Shown in pieces: positions 9,061 through 17,968 of a stretch of 64,000 nt of DNA. Where the stretch lies: the NCBI GenBank assembly GCA_050246815.1, contig JBFWVI010000007.1, forward strand, positions 1-64,000, given 5' to 3'. This DNA comes from Bdellovibrionales bacterium (GTDB lineage: Bacteria > Bdellovibrionota > Bdellovibrionia > Bdellovibrionales > UBA1609). The position numbers and the translations under genes were made by a program. How positions within the stretch are numbered: the stretch's first letter is position 1; each line of letters begins with the position of its first letter. Below the pieces are notes generated by a model. It had not been told where the DNA came from, did no database searches, and saw nothing but the letters and a program-made list of their open reading frames with translations.

Positions 9061-9837
9061 ATGTCGATCTCTTTACGGGTTCTTACCTTCAATATTCGTA
9101 AGGGCTTAGGTGCCAGCGGGCTTCAATCGCAGCTGGTCGATTTGCGCGATGTGATTCGCCAAATCGACGCCGACGTTGTTTTTCTGCAAGAGGTGATGGG
9201 TGAAAGTCGAAAAGCGGCCCACCGCAAGGCAGGTTTGGCCGGTGATCAGCTGGAGTATCTGGCGGATTCGGTGTGGACTCACTTCGCCTACGGAAAAAAC
9301 GCGGTCCATAGCGATGGTCATCACGGCAATGCGATTTTGAGTAAATATCCAATCGCCCGTTGGGAAAACATAGATATTTCGACCAATCCCTTTGAGCAAC
9401 GTGGTCTGCTGCATGCACTGATTGAGGTTCCTGGGCATCGTTTGCATGTCGATTTAATTTGTTTACACTTGAATTTGTTGGGGCCAGGTCGTACCCGTCA
9501 GCTGAAAAGCCTGATTCAGCGGGTGCGAGCCCACATCGTCGATATCGGCCCCTTGTTGATCGCGGGTGACTTTAATGACTGGAGTGGCGCCGTTTCCAAG
9601 CGTCTGCAAAAAGAGTTGGTGGTGCACGAGGCGGCGCTGAGCTTACACGGCCAGCACCATCGCACATTTCCGGCCTGGTTGCCGCTTTTGCCTTTGGACC
9701 GGATTTATTTTCGGGGTCTGGAACTGCTGAAGGTTGAAGTGCTGGAGCACAAGCTCAGACACCTTTTGTCGGATCATCAGGCGATCGTGGCGGAATTTAA
9801 GCTTGCTCGGAATGACAGGCCAGGCACCGGCGGCTGA
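9061..9837 (+). CDS. Endonuclease/exonuclease/phosphatase (EEP), YbhP-like
   Basis: TFNIRKG, LQEV, HHGNAILS, AGDFNDW, LDRIY, SDH. Confidence 0.92.
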   Translation: MSISLRVLTFNIRKGLGASGLQSQLVDLRDVIRQIDADVVFLQEVMGESRKAAHRKAGLAGDQLEYLADSVWTHFAYGKNAVHSDGHHGNAILSKYPIARWENIDISTNPFEQRGLLHALIEVPGHRLHVDLICLHLNLLGPGRTRQLKSLIQRVRAHIVDIGPLLIAGDFNDWSGAVSKRLQKELVVHEAALSLHGQHHRTFPAWLPLLPLDRIYFRGLELLKVEVLEHKLRHLLSDHQAIVAEFKLARNDRPGTGG

Positions 9838-10234
9838 GGCGCCAATTCTGATAATGGGTGAACATCAGGGCGATGCTGCCCAAAACCGTCAAAAGGGTGT
9901 TGGTTGAATTGAGTGGTGAATGTTCGTTGGCACTGGTTTTCAAAAGACCGACAGTGATAAGCGCTAAACCCAGCATGCCGACTAGCAAAACCCAAACTTG
10001 TTTGTGCTGGCGGTAGCCGCGCCAAAAGGCAATCATACCTAAAGGCACAATCAAAATCGCCATCACCAGATGAAAGTATCCATGGTGGTCCAGGGCTTCC
10101 ACAGCGGGAAGCAGACTGATCAGAAAGGGCAGGGCTAGGCAGTGCAGGGTGCACAGGCCCGAAAGTCCAAGACCCAACCAATCCAGACTTGGGGATGGGT
10201 TATGATTGTGCTCTTTATGCGTCGCGCCAGACAT
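9797..10234 (-). CDS. MerC-domain membrane protein
   Basis: LDWLGLGLSGLCTLHCLALP, GYRQH, C-terminal H..N...C..CH. Start placed at MSGATHKEH. Confidence 0.85.
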   Translation of the reverse strand: MSGATHKEHNHNPSPSLDWLGLGLSGLCTLHCLALPFLISLLPAVEALDHHGYFHLVMAILIVPLGMIAFWRGYRQHKQVWVLLVGMLGLALITVGLLKTSANEHSPLNSTNTLLTVLGSIALMFTHYQNWRLSRRCLACHSEQA

Positions 10235-10363
10235 GGCGATCAGATTTAGCGTAAGGGTACTGCAGATGCAACGGACAATTCGGGGTGGCGCAATTTGTCC
10301 AACTTTTGAACAGTTAAGCGCATTCCAGAACTGGCCGAAAAGAATTGGGGAGACCAGGGACGA

Positions 10364-11089
10364 ATGGCAGCCAAGACACCACAAATTTTAGTCGTAGAAG
10401 ACGAGCGTTCGCACCAGCTGATCATCCAAAAAAGCCTCGCCGGCTTTTATGAGTTCGAACTGGCTGAAAATGTTCAGCAAGCTCAAGCCAAGACAAATCA
10501 AAAAACCTATGACCTGATCCTGCTCGACATTGTATTGCCTGATGGAACGGGTTTTGAAGTTCTCAATCATCTGCGTAAGGGCGATCGCCATCATTTGACG
10601 CCTGTGATCTTTTTAACCGTTCGTGAAGATTTAAAAAGCAAATTGACTGGGTTTTCGCTGGGCGCGGATGACTATATGGTTAAACCGCCCGAACCGTTGG
10701 AGCTGCGCGCCCGGATTGACGCCAAACTGCGCGTGATCAACGAGTTGAAAGACGTTTCCAAGCAGCCCTCAGTGCAAATCGCGGATATGACTTTAGACAC
10801 CGAACGTCTGGCAGTTCTGGTTCAAGACGACGGTAAAAGCACAATGCTGGACTTAACTCCGCTGGAGTTTCGCCTTCTGCTGTTCTTTGCGAAGCACCCA
10901 AATGAGGCGATGTCCCGCCAGACAATCCTTTTGGGCGTTTGGGGAAGTAACACCCATGTGCTTGATCGAAGCGTGGACAGCTATGTGGCAACACTTCGGC
11001 GTAAGCTGGGAACCCGCGGAAACTTGATCAAATCAGTGCATAAGGTGGGGTATCGTTTGAACCCCAACTACACCAAAAAAACGGCCTAA
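10364..11089 (+). CDS. OmpR/PhoB-family response regulator (orphan)
   Basis: REC domain (VVEDE, LLDIVLPDG, GADDYMVKP) plus winged helix (LTPLEFRLL...VGY). Confidence 0.93.
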   Translation: MAAKTPQILVVEDERSHQLIIQKSLAGFYEFELAENVQQAQAKTNQKTYDLILLDIVLPDGTGFEVLNHLRKGDRHHLTPVIFLTVREDLKSKLTGFSLGADDYMVKPPEPLELRARIDAKLRVINELKDVSKQPSVQIADMTLDTERLAVLVQDDGKSTMLDLTPLEFRLLLFFAKHPNEAMSRQTILLGVWGSNTHVLDRSVDSYVATLRRKLGTRGNLIKSVHKVGYRLNPNYTKKTA

Positions 11090-11175
11090 CCATTAAAAGA
11101 ATATAAAATTTACAGTGCTACACGCCTTGATATGGCCGTGTAGGGATTAATCCCAGAACTGTTTCGAGACGAAAC

Positions 11176-11358
11176 CTATTTGATCTCTTTGTGAACAGTG
11201 TGGCGGCGAAGATTTGGGTTGTACTTCTTCTTTTCCAGGCGCTCGGGATGAGTTTGGGTATTTTTCATCGTGGTGTAGCGCGAGACCGGCTTGCCTTCTT
11301 TACGTGCCTCAGTGCACTCCAAAGTGATGACGCGAACTTTACCTTTTTTCTTGGCCAT
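11176..11358 (-). CDS. rpmG: 50S ribosomal protein L33
   Basis: RVITLECTE...SRYTTMKN...[21 protein letters not shown]. Confidence 0.97.
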   Translation of the reverse strand: MAKKKGKVRVITLECTEARKEGKPVSRYTTMKNTQTHPERLEKKKYNPNLRRHTVHKEIK

Positions 11359-11430
11359 GACGGTCCTCCAAGGGTCCGTCTTATAGCGTAGTGTCCTGGG
11401 GGACGCAAGCTTAAGACGTTGTTTTTAAGC

Positions 11431-11464
11431 AAAAAAAAGCCCTCCACGAGTGGGGAGGGCTTTT
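11431..11464 (-). terminator. Intrinsic terminator after the 11489-12370 gene
   Basis: A8-GCCCTCC...GGAGGGC-TTTT hairpin; long U-tract on the minus strand. Confidence 0.8.
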
Positions 11465-11488
11465 CGAATTCAGGTCGAATAGAGCGGA

Positions 11489-12370
11489 TTAACCGCCGTG
11501 GTACATGTCGTCTGCCGGAGCGCGCGGAACGAAGGTTCCGTTGCGGATGGCTTTTGCGTCTTCGTCAAAGCCTTGGTTGCAACCTTGAACAGGCGCAGCT
11601 TTACCCGAGAACACGCCAACAATACCAGCAACCAAACGAACGCCCAAGATCAGGGTGCCGTCGATCACTGTGCACATGCCGCGACCCAAGCCGATCAAAG
11701 CCGAGCGGCCAGCGCCTTTAAGGTCGCCGCGCAAAGCCGAAGCTGGGATGTTGAAGACTTCAGTGACGGTCATCGCGATGCCGTCAGCAGCTTCACGCAC
11801 GCCACCCGAAAGAGTGGTCACAGTCACGCCGACGATCTGTCCGCCTTTGTCGAACACGATCGAGAACGCGCGAGCAACTTGCGGCGCCAAGGGAACGTTG
11901 TTCTTTTCCAACCAAGCCGACAGATCAGCCGAAGCTTCAGCTGCGATTTGGAAAGGAGCAGTTGCAACGCCACCGACTGCGTCCATCACGTTGGCTACAG
12001 AGTAACCGGTGACGTTGACGACAGTGACAGTCAATTTGCCGGGGAATTCAACAACGCAAGCGCTGTTGTTGCCCAAGCCGTGCGAATCTTTCAAGCAAGC
12101 GCCGGTGGACTCGACGTTTTTGATCGCCGATTCAACGCCAGCTTTACCCAAAATTTCGATGGCTTCACCGGTGTAATACACAGTGCGGCCCAGGGGCAAA
12201 GTCACAAGACCAGCAACCGGACGCATCGGGTTGGCGACTTGTTTGTATGACTTCTCGATATTTTTACCGGCATCTTTCATGTCGTCAGTAGCTTTGTAGC
12301 CCTCACGCTCACCGCCGAATGCATTTGCCGACAAAGCAGCAACTGCTAAAACTGCAAGAAACTTTTTCAT
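11489..12370 (-). CDS. Secreted Gly/Ala/Val-rich helical hypothetical protein
   Basis: AAGGAGAGG RBS; signal peptide MKKFLAVLAVAALSANAFG; own promoter and terminator. Confidence 0.8.
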   Translation of the reverse strand: MKKFLAVLAVAALSANAFGGEREGYKATDDMKDAGKNIEKSYKQVANPMRPVAGLVTLPLGRTVYYTGEAIEILGKAGVESAIKNVESTGACLKDSHGLGNNSACVVEFPGKLTVTVVNVTGYSVANVMDAVGGVATAPFQIAAEASADLSAWLEKNNVPLAPQVARAFSIVFDKGGQIVGVTVTTLSGGVREAADGIAMTVTEVFNIPASALRGDLKGAGRSALIGLGRGMCTVIDGTLILGVRLVAGIVGVFSGKAAPVQGCNQGFDEDAKAIRNGTFVPRAPADDMYHGG

Positions 12371-12431
12371 GGTTATCCTCTCCTTGTTTTGTTTTTGGGA
12401 AACCCTTAATTCTTGTTTGGCAACTCCTATG

Positions 12432-12448
12432 AGCAACGGCTGTGCCAG
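12432..12448 (-). promoter_or_regulatory. sigma54 -24/-12 promoter
   Basis: Minus strand CTGGCACAGCCGTTGCT, a near-perfect YTGGCAC-N5-TTGCW. Confidence 0.8.
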
Positions 12449-12696
12449 AACGAACAGTGGTTGTGTTCGAGGACAAGTTTCGAATTGAAGAAAAATTGCT
12501 CGTGAGTTTGAAAAAAAGTTTGATGCGCAGCGCACTTTTTGCGTCAGAAAAAATCACAACAAAAAAATATTGAAGAAAAAAATCCAAAACAAAAAAAACA
12601 CTTGCTAGCCAAGTTTAAAAATAAGTTGTTCTTAGAAAATAAAATCACTTAACGCGCTGGCGATACGATCAAAGTTAGCCTGCGTTAAAAATTTTT

Positions 12697-13113
12697 TCAC
12701 TCATCGTTGGAATCGCGATTTGCCAACCAGCTTGGCAGCGGTATGCGAACGCGAGGGAAAATTTGCATTCGTGCGAGCCATGAGTGACGGTGAGTCAATC
12801 GAGACAACCAGTAAGAGCGGCGCTGTGTTTTGCGCCACGTGTTCTCAAGCCATTGTTGTGCAAGGATCTGCAGCAGCTCTGCACTTGTCGTGGCATCTAA
12901 GTCCTCCGGCGTTAACAACAGTTGATCAGGTTGAAATTCGAAATTAAGCGCCACATCACGGGTGGGTGAGGCGGCTGATTGAATCAAGATGGGTTTGGTT
13001 TGCCATGGCCGCTTGTTGGGACGCGCCGCTGTGTTCACCACTTTAGGCGCGGCTTTTTTCTTGCCGAATTTTTTACTTTTGGGACGGTTGATTTGATCTA
13101 GACTAAGTGCCAT
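12697..13113 (-). CDS. Small basic hypothetical protein coupled to ParA
   Basis: AAGGAG RBS inside the parA 3' end, 16-nt overlap; Lys-rich N-terminus; no ParB motif. Confidence 0.7.
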   Translation of the reverse strand: MALSLDQINRPKSKKFGKKKAAPKVVNTAARPNKRPWQTKPILIQSAASPTRDVALNFEFQPDQLLLTPEDLDATTSAELLQILAQQWLENTWRKTQRRSYWLSRLTHRHSWLARMQIFPRVRIPLPSWLANRDSNDE

Positions 13114-14156
13114 GGGGTCTCCTTGTCCACGTTATGGGAGTGCTTAACTTCACGGCGTCCGCTGGCCATCAACTGCCAAACTTCGACCAACAATTGTTTG
13201 ACCTCTTCGGCGCTGGTGGAGTCCGCCGCGAATTCGGGAATCGATTGATTCATGGCCGTGGCCTCTTCGCCTTGAACACTTTCGCGGATCGCGGATTCCA
13301 TGCAGCCCGGCAATTTGGCGCGGTACCATTCGCCGATCTCACGCGACAGTTTGCGATTGGGATTCAGCCGCGTTGGCACGAAACCATGTTGTAAAGTCAG
13401 GCTTAGATCTTGGCGGCATTGGTGCACCAAGCCCTGAAACATTTTAAGGTTGCGGTAGTTGTTGATACGGCATTCAACCGGCGACAACAAAAAATCCGTG
13501 GCCACCAACGCATTGGTGATCAGCTGATTCCAGTTGGGTGAGCAGTCCAAAATGATCAGATCATAGCGTTGTAAGAGAGGGCGGGTGACTTTTTCTTTGA
13601 GCCAGTATTCGCGGCGCGGGCGCAGCAGCAATTCTTGATCCAGGGCAATCAGCTCAGGCGTTTCAGGAATCAAATCCAAGGTGGGCAAATCGGTTTTTTG
13701 AATCAAATCGTCAAGTCCGGAGTGCTCACCAAAATAATCGTAAAGCCCGCGGGTGCGGTCCAAGGCGGCCATGGCTTGTTGTAAGTCGTCCTCTTGCCGA
13801 ATGGCCTGATGTCCTAGGGCTGTGGTCACGTCCCCCTGCAGGTCAAGGCCGATCACCAGAGTTTTAATTCCGTGCAAGGCAAACTGGCGCGCCAAGTTCA
13901 GCGATAAGGTGGTTTTTAACACTCCGCCCTTGGTGACAAATAGGGTTAGAACCATGGGTTTGTGAGGGCGGCGCAAGGGGCTCAATTGTTGGCCCACGGT
14001 AACGATGTCTTTTTCACGCCAGCCCAAACCACCACGACCGCGCACAAGCGGCGGCAATTGCCCAGTTTGAGCCATGTTGATCAGCTCTTCAGAGGTGCGG
14101 CCGGTCATGCCTGGCAAAGAAAACAAATGGGCGACTTTTTGCGTTGAATAAAACAT
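13098..14156 (-). CDS. ParA-family ATPase with N-terminal HTH-like extension (type Ia-like)
   Basis: Deviant Walker A KGGVLKTT, DLQGD, ILDCSP, IRES; about 65-aa N-terminal extension. Confidence 0.9.
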   Translation of the reverse strand: MFYSTQKVAHLFSLPGMTGRTSEELINMAQTGQLPPLVRGRGGLGWREKDIVTVGQQLSPLRRPHKPMVLTLFVTKGGVLKTTLSLNLARQFALHGIKTLVIGLDLQGDVTTALGHQAIRQEDDLQQAMAALDRTRGLYDYFGEHSGLDDLIQKTDLPTLDLIPETPELIALDQELLLRPRREYWLKEKVTRPLLQRYDLIILDCSPNWNQLITNALVATDFLLSPVECRINNYRNLKMFQGLVHQCRQDLSLTLQHGFVPTRLNPNRKLSREIGEWYRAKLPGCMESAIRESVQGEEATAMNQSIPEFAADSTSAEEVKQLLVEVWQLMASGRREVKHSHNVDKETPWHLV

Positions 14157-14220
14157 GCTTGACCCCTTGGATGGATTAGTTGATCAAGCCCCATCGGCTT
14201 CGGTCAAGTGAGGTGGCAAA

Positions 14221-14601
14221 ATGACGGACAACACCACAGATTTAGGACGGCTAAAAGCCAAGGTAAAAGAGTTTTGTGTTGAACGGGATTGGGATCAGTT
14301 TCATGGAGCCAAAGATTTGGCCATTGGCGCCGTTACCGAGGCCTCGGAATTGCTGGAAATTTTTCGTTTTATGGACACCCAGCACGAAGCTGCGGCTGTA
14401 AAGGATCCCGAGCAGCGTCGCGCCATTGGCCATGAGCTAGCCGATGTGCTCTTTTTTTTGCTGCGTTTTGCCGAGCGTTACAATTTTGATTTAAGCCAGG
14501 AATTTGAGCAAAAAATGGAACTGAACGCGAAAAAATATCCCGCACATGAATTCCGCGGCAAAAACCACAAAGCGGGCCGCACACCAGCTCAAAATTCGTA
14601 G
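14221..14601 (+). CDS. MazG-like nucleotide pyrophosphohydrolase (dCTPase-1 type)
   Basis: ERDWDQFH.AKDLA....EASELLE, ELADV, KMELNAKKYP. Confidence 0.92.
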   Translation: MTDNTTDLGRLKAKVKEFCVERDWDQFHGAKDLAIGAVTEASELLEIFRFMDTQHEAAAVKDPEQRRAIGHELADVLFFLLRFAERYNFDLSQEFEQKMELNAKKYPAHEFRGKNHKAGRTPAQNS

Positions 14602-14709
14602 GGCCAGTTTATTATCTCGTCGAGTCTTATTCGCACGAAGGAAGCAAAGCCTACTCAGCTCGAAAGTAAGCCCTCAACTTCCCCGGCGGTGGTGAAACCA
14701 AGTCGATAT

Positions 14710-15561
14710 TCAACTCAGTCCCATCGGACTGCCGTTAGTGTGGTTCAAAAAAGAGAACTCATTTCGGCGCTGCCGCAATAAAGTAAACACTTCAAGTGGT
14801 GACGTCGATGCGGGCAGGCCTAAATCAGCGGCCATTGTCGGTTGATCACAGCGCAGGAACGGGTTGGTTTTAAGTTCTTCGGCCAGCAGGCCAGGTAAAG
14901 TTGTTGTTTGGCGCAAAGCCAGCTGGGCCGATTGGCTTTCAACACGCTGGGCCCTTTTTGCTAAGTCTTGATTTTGCGGCTCGACCTGCAAAGCGAACAG
15001 CGAATTACGGACGGCGTATTCATGTCCCCAAAAAAACTGTGTATTTGATGGCAGGCTGGCCAGGCGTTGCAAAGAGTCCCACATCTGCATGGCGGTTCCT
15101 TCAAGTAGACGACCACAACCCATTGCAAATAAAGTGTCGCCGCAAAAGATCCATCCAGGTTCGGGCAGATAAAGCGCCATATGTCCGAACGTGTGACCAG
15201 GAATGGCGATGGTTTGTGCCTTCAATCCCGCGACTTGTAGCGTAGCTTGCCCCCGAAGGCCGATGTCGGCGCCGGCAATTCGCGACAAATCGTAATCGCT
15301 GCAAAAAACTTGGGCCTGAAACTTTTGCTTTAAGGCAGGGACACCGTCGACATGATCATGGTGATGGTGAGTGCAAAGAATATGGGTGATCGATATCTGA
15401 TTTTGTTGGCACCAATCTAATACAGCTGGTGATTCGCCCGGATCAATAACCCAGAGTTCAGAAGGAGTGCGCAGCAAGTAGGTGTAGTTGTCTTTAAGCG
15501 TGGGCAAGACGAACAAGTCCGTGTTTTGGAAACGACACAACGGCTGTGCACTGAGCGACAT
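14710..15561 (-). CDS. gloB: Hydroxyacylglutathione hydrolase (glyoxalase II)
   Basis: DNYTY, THHHHDH, PGHT.GH, GDTLF..GCGR, HEY, TNPFLR. Confidence 0.95.
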   Translation of the reverse strand: MSLSAQPLCRFQNTDLFVLPTLKDNYTYLLRTPSELWVIDPGESPAVLDWCQQNQISITHILCTHHHHDHVDGVPALKQKFQAQVFCSDYDLSRIAGADIGLRGQATLQVAGLKAQTIAIPGHTFGHMALYLPEPGWIFCGDTLFAMGCGRLLEGTAMQMWDSLQRLASLPSNTQFFWGHEYAVRNSLFALQVEPQNQDLAKRAQRVESQSAQLALRQTTTLPGLLAEELKTNPFLRCDQPTMAADLGLPASTSPLEVFTLLRQRRNEFSFLNHTNGSPMGLS

Positions 15562-15564
15562 GAG

Positions 15565-16323
15565 CTACTTCCAACCTAGAATTTTTAAGTAGTTGGCCAC
15601 GGTGGTTGGCAACCCCAGATAAAGAGCCTCGCAAATCAAGGCATGGCCAATCGAGACCTCTTCAATTTCAGGGATCGCGTGGATCAACGCGGCCAGATTT
15701 TTTTGGTTCAGATCGTGCCCAGCATTGAGTCCCAGCCCCAATTGGCGGATAATTTGGGCGCACTCTTGATACTGATTTAACACTTTGTCTTGCTGAGCAG
15801 TCTGATAGGTGTCGGCAAAGGCTTCGGTGTAGAGCTCAGCGCGATCAACGCTGATTTCTTTCAAAGCCGCATAGTCAGCGGCTTGCATTGCGACGGGGTC
15901 GATAAACACCGAGGTGCGTACTTTTTTAGCGTGCAGCTCCGCGCACACGGACTTGAGCAACTTTTGCGAATCCGCCACGGCCCAGCCAGCATTCGACGTC
16001 AGGGCCTCCGGCGGATCGGGAACCAAGGTGGCTTGGTCGGGTTGAACATCTTTGACCAGGTTAAGAAAACTTTGATTGGGGTATCCTTCGATATTGAACT
16101 CAACTTTGGTTGTGCTCTTAAGGTTGAATTCACGAACGACTCCGCTTAAGGCGTAAACGTCGTCGAAGCGGATGTGACGCCCGTCCGGGCGGGGGTGCAC
16201 GGTTAGGCCATGCGCGCCCCAAGCCAAAATATCGCGCCCCGCTTGTACCAAATCCGGGGTGTTTTTTCCGCGGGCGTTGCGGATCGTGGCCAATTTGTTG
16301 ACGTTGACGCTGAGTTTGGTCAT
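15565..16323 (-). CDS. pdxJ: Pyridoxine 5'-phosphate synthase
   Basis: LSVNVNKLATIRNAR, TVHPRPDGRHI, NAGHDL, EVSIGHALI. Confidence 0.97.
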   Translation of the reverse strand: MTKLSVNVNKLATIRNARGKNTPDLVQAGRDILAWGAHGLTVHPRPDGRHIRFDDVYALSGVVREFNLKSTTKVEFNIEGYPNQSFLNLVKDVQPDQATLVPDPPEALTSNAGWAVADSQKLLKSVCAELHAKKVRTSVFIDPVAMQAADYAALKEISVDRAELYTEAFADTYQTAQQDKVLNQYQECAQIIRQLGLGLNAGHDLNQKNLAALIHAIPEIEEVSIGHALICEALYLGLPTTVANYLKILGWK

Positions 16324-16389
16324 GTGGGCATGACCCTAGCATAATCAGGGATCTTTCGGCTAGAATTCCTATTGGAAGGACCCTCAACC

Positions 16390-16899
16390 ATGATCAAACA
16401 ACTGATTTTGCTTCGCCACGCCCATCGCGACACCACCGAGAGAAGTTTGGACAACGGCTTAAGTCCAAAGGGTCAAAGGCAAGCCAAGTGGATTAAACGT
16501 TTCGCGAGCCAGCGTTTTGATAGCCAAGAGTGGCAAGAGCTGCGCGGTGTGGTGGTCAGCAGCCCGAAGCGCCGTTGCATCGAAACCGTTGAGCCTTTGG
16601 CCGATCTTTTTCAAGGCAAAGTTGAAATTCGTCAAGAGCTGGATGAGCAGAGGTCCGGCGAATCGTTTGCAGCCTTTGATGAGCGGATTCACCGTTTTAT
16701 GAGTTGGTGGGTGCGTGAAGCCCCGCCGTTGGTGGTGGCCTGCTCGCATGGCGACTGGTTGCCGCTGGCGATTTTTCATGTCAGTGGCTCGGCCCTTGAA
16801 ATGAAAAAGGGTTCGTGGGTGGAGCTTGAATGGGAGAGCAACCGAGCGCAACTCAGGTGGTATTTACCAAGCTTTAAGTCATTTTACGGCGGGGCTTAA
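16390..16899 (+). CDS. Histidine phosphatase, SixA-like
   Basis: LLRHA, GLSPKG..QA, SSPKRRCIET, CSHG. Confidence 0.85.
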   Translation: MIKQLILLRHAHRDTTERSLDNGLSPKGQRQAKWIKRFASQRFDSQEWQELRGVVVSSPKRRCIETVEPLADLFQGKVEIRQELDEQRSGESFAAFDERIHRFMSWWVREAPPLVVACSHGDWLPLAIFHVSGSALEMKKGSWVELEWESNRAQLRWYLPSFKSFYGGA

Positions 16900-17878
16900 A
16901 CTCCAGCAGGATGCCGTCGCGTAAGGCGTGGTTGGTGGTGCGGACCTGATCGACCTCTAAAAAATCCAAAATTTCCAGCAATAAAATGGCGCCGGTCAGA
17001 ATAATATCAAGGCGACGACGCTCCATACCTGGCAGCCGCAACAATTCAGCACGCGACATCGGCAACATTCGTTCTACCAGCAGGCGCAATTCGCGACGGG
17101 TGAATTTCAAGCGTGGTTTGGCTCGGCTTTGCGTTTGCCACAGGCGACTGAAGCGATGCTGTTGGCGTTGGCGATCGAGCAGTCGGGCCACCGCCCGAAT
17201 GGTGCCGCTTGAACCCAGGGCCAATTGGCCCGAGCGCGCGGGCCAGGTGCGAAGTTTTTGTCGAAAAACAGCTTGCACGGCCCGTCGCAGTTGCGCCACC
17301 CCCGCCAGGCGATTTTCGACATGTTGGGCGGTGTCTTGGTGCAAAAACAATTGCTGCAATCGCAGAGCACCAAGCGGCAGGCTTAACGAAGTCTGGCGTT
17401 TGCCGTTTTGACAAAGGGACAATTCAGTTGAACCGCCACCAATGTCAATTAGCACGGCCTTGGCGGCCCGTGGAGGATCGAACTGCAAAATTCCTTTAGC
17501 AATCAAATGGGCTTCTTGCGTTCCTGAGATGACACGAATTTCAATGCCGGTGTTTTTTTTGACTCGACGGATGAGTTGCCCCGAGTTTTTGGCTTCCCGT
17601 AAGGCCGAAGTGGCCACGGCCTTGACCAGCATCACCTTTTCGCGCTGGGTGCGCTTATGGAAGTTGTTGAAGGCCTGGCTCAATTTTCGAATAGTCCCGG
17701 TCTTTAAACGACCGGTGCGATAGACGCCCTGGCCGGGACGCAGCATCAACTTTTTCTTGTAGAGGCAATTGGCCGATTTGCCGTCTGCCAGCTCATAAAT
17801 GGCGAAACGCACGGAATTGGTGCCCAAATCCACCACACCGACTTTGACCGGAAGGCGTTTAGATTTTTTTCTCACCAT
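16874..17878 (-). CDS. ppx: Ppx/GppA exopolyphosphatase (short form)
   Basis: VDLGTNS, ATSALREAKN, ISGTQEA, DIGGGSTE, LRDGI. Confidence 0.9.
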   Translation of the reverse strand: MVRKKSKRLPVKVGVVDLGTNSVRFAIYELADGKSANCLYKKKLMLRPGQGVYRTGRLKTGTIRKLSQAFNNFHKRTQREKVMLVKAVATSALREAKNSGQLIRRVKKNTGIEIRVISGTQEAHLIAKGILQFDPPRAAKAVLIDIGGGSTELSLCQNGKRQTSLSLPLGALRLQQLFLHQDTAQHVENRLAGVAQLRRAVQAVFRQKLRTWPARSGQLALGSSGTIRAVARLLDRQRQQHRFSRLWQTQSRAKPRLKFTRRELRLLVERMLPMSRAELLRLPGMERRRLDIILTGAILLLEILDFLEVDQVRTTNHALRDGILLEFKPRRKMT

Positions 17879-17896
17879 TTTTCCTGTTCCTGTTCT

Positions 17897-17914
17897 TTGA
17901 CACAATCCTGACAT
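17897..17914. promoter_or_regulatory. Pho-box-like direct repeat between divergent ppx and pstS
   Basis: TTGACAC-AATC-CTGACAT: two 7-mers at 11-bp period resembling CTGTCAT-N4-CTGTCAT. Confidence 0.65.
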
Positions 17915-17968
17915 GAGGCTTAAGCCATGACTACTTTATACCAAAAGAAACGGCAAAAGGGAGTCCGC

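Noticed and set aside
9797..10234. MerC as a mercury-resistance operon
   Set aside because: No merR, merA, merT or merP nearby; solitary MerC-domain proteins are common.
11498..12250. 250-aa plus-strand ORF
   Set aside because: Antisense to a gene with RBS, signal peptide, promoter and terminator; explained by codon bias.
14221..14601. MazG-like gene as an anti-phage defence component
   Set aside because: Looks like a stand-alone house-cleaning dNTP pyrophosphatase; no defence partners adjacent.
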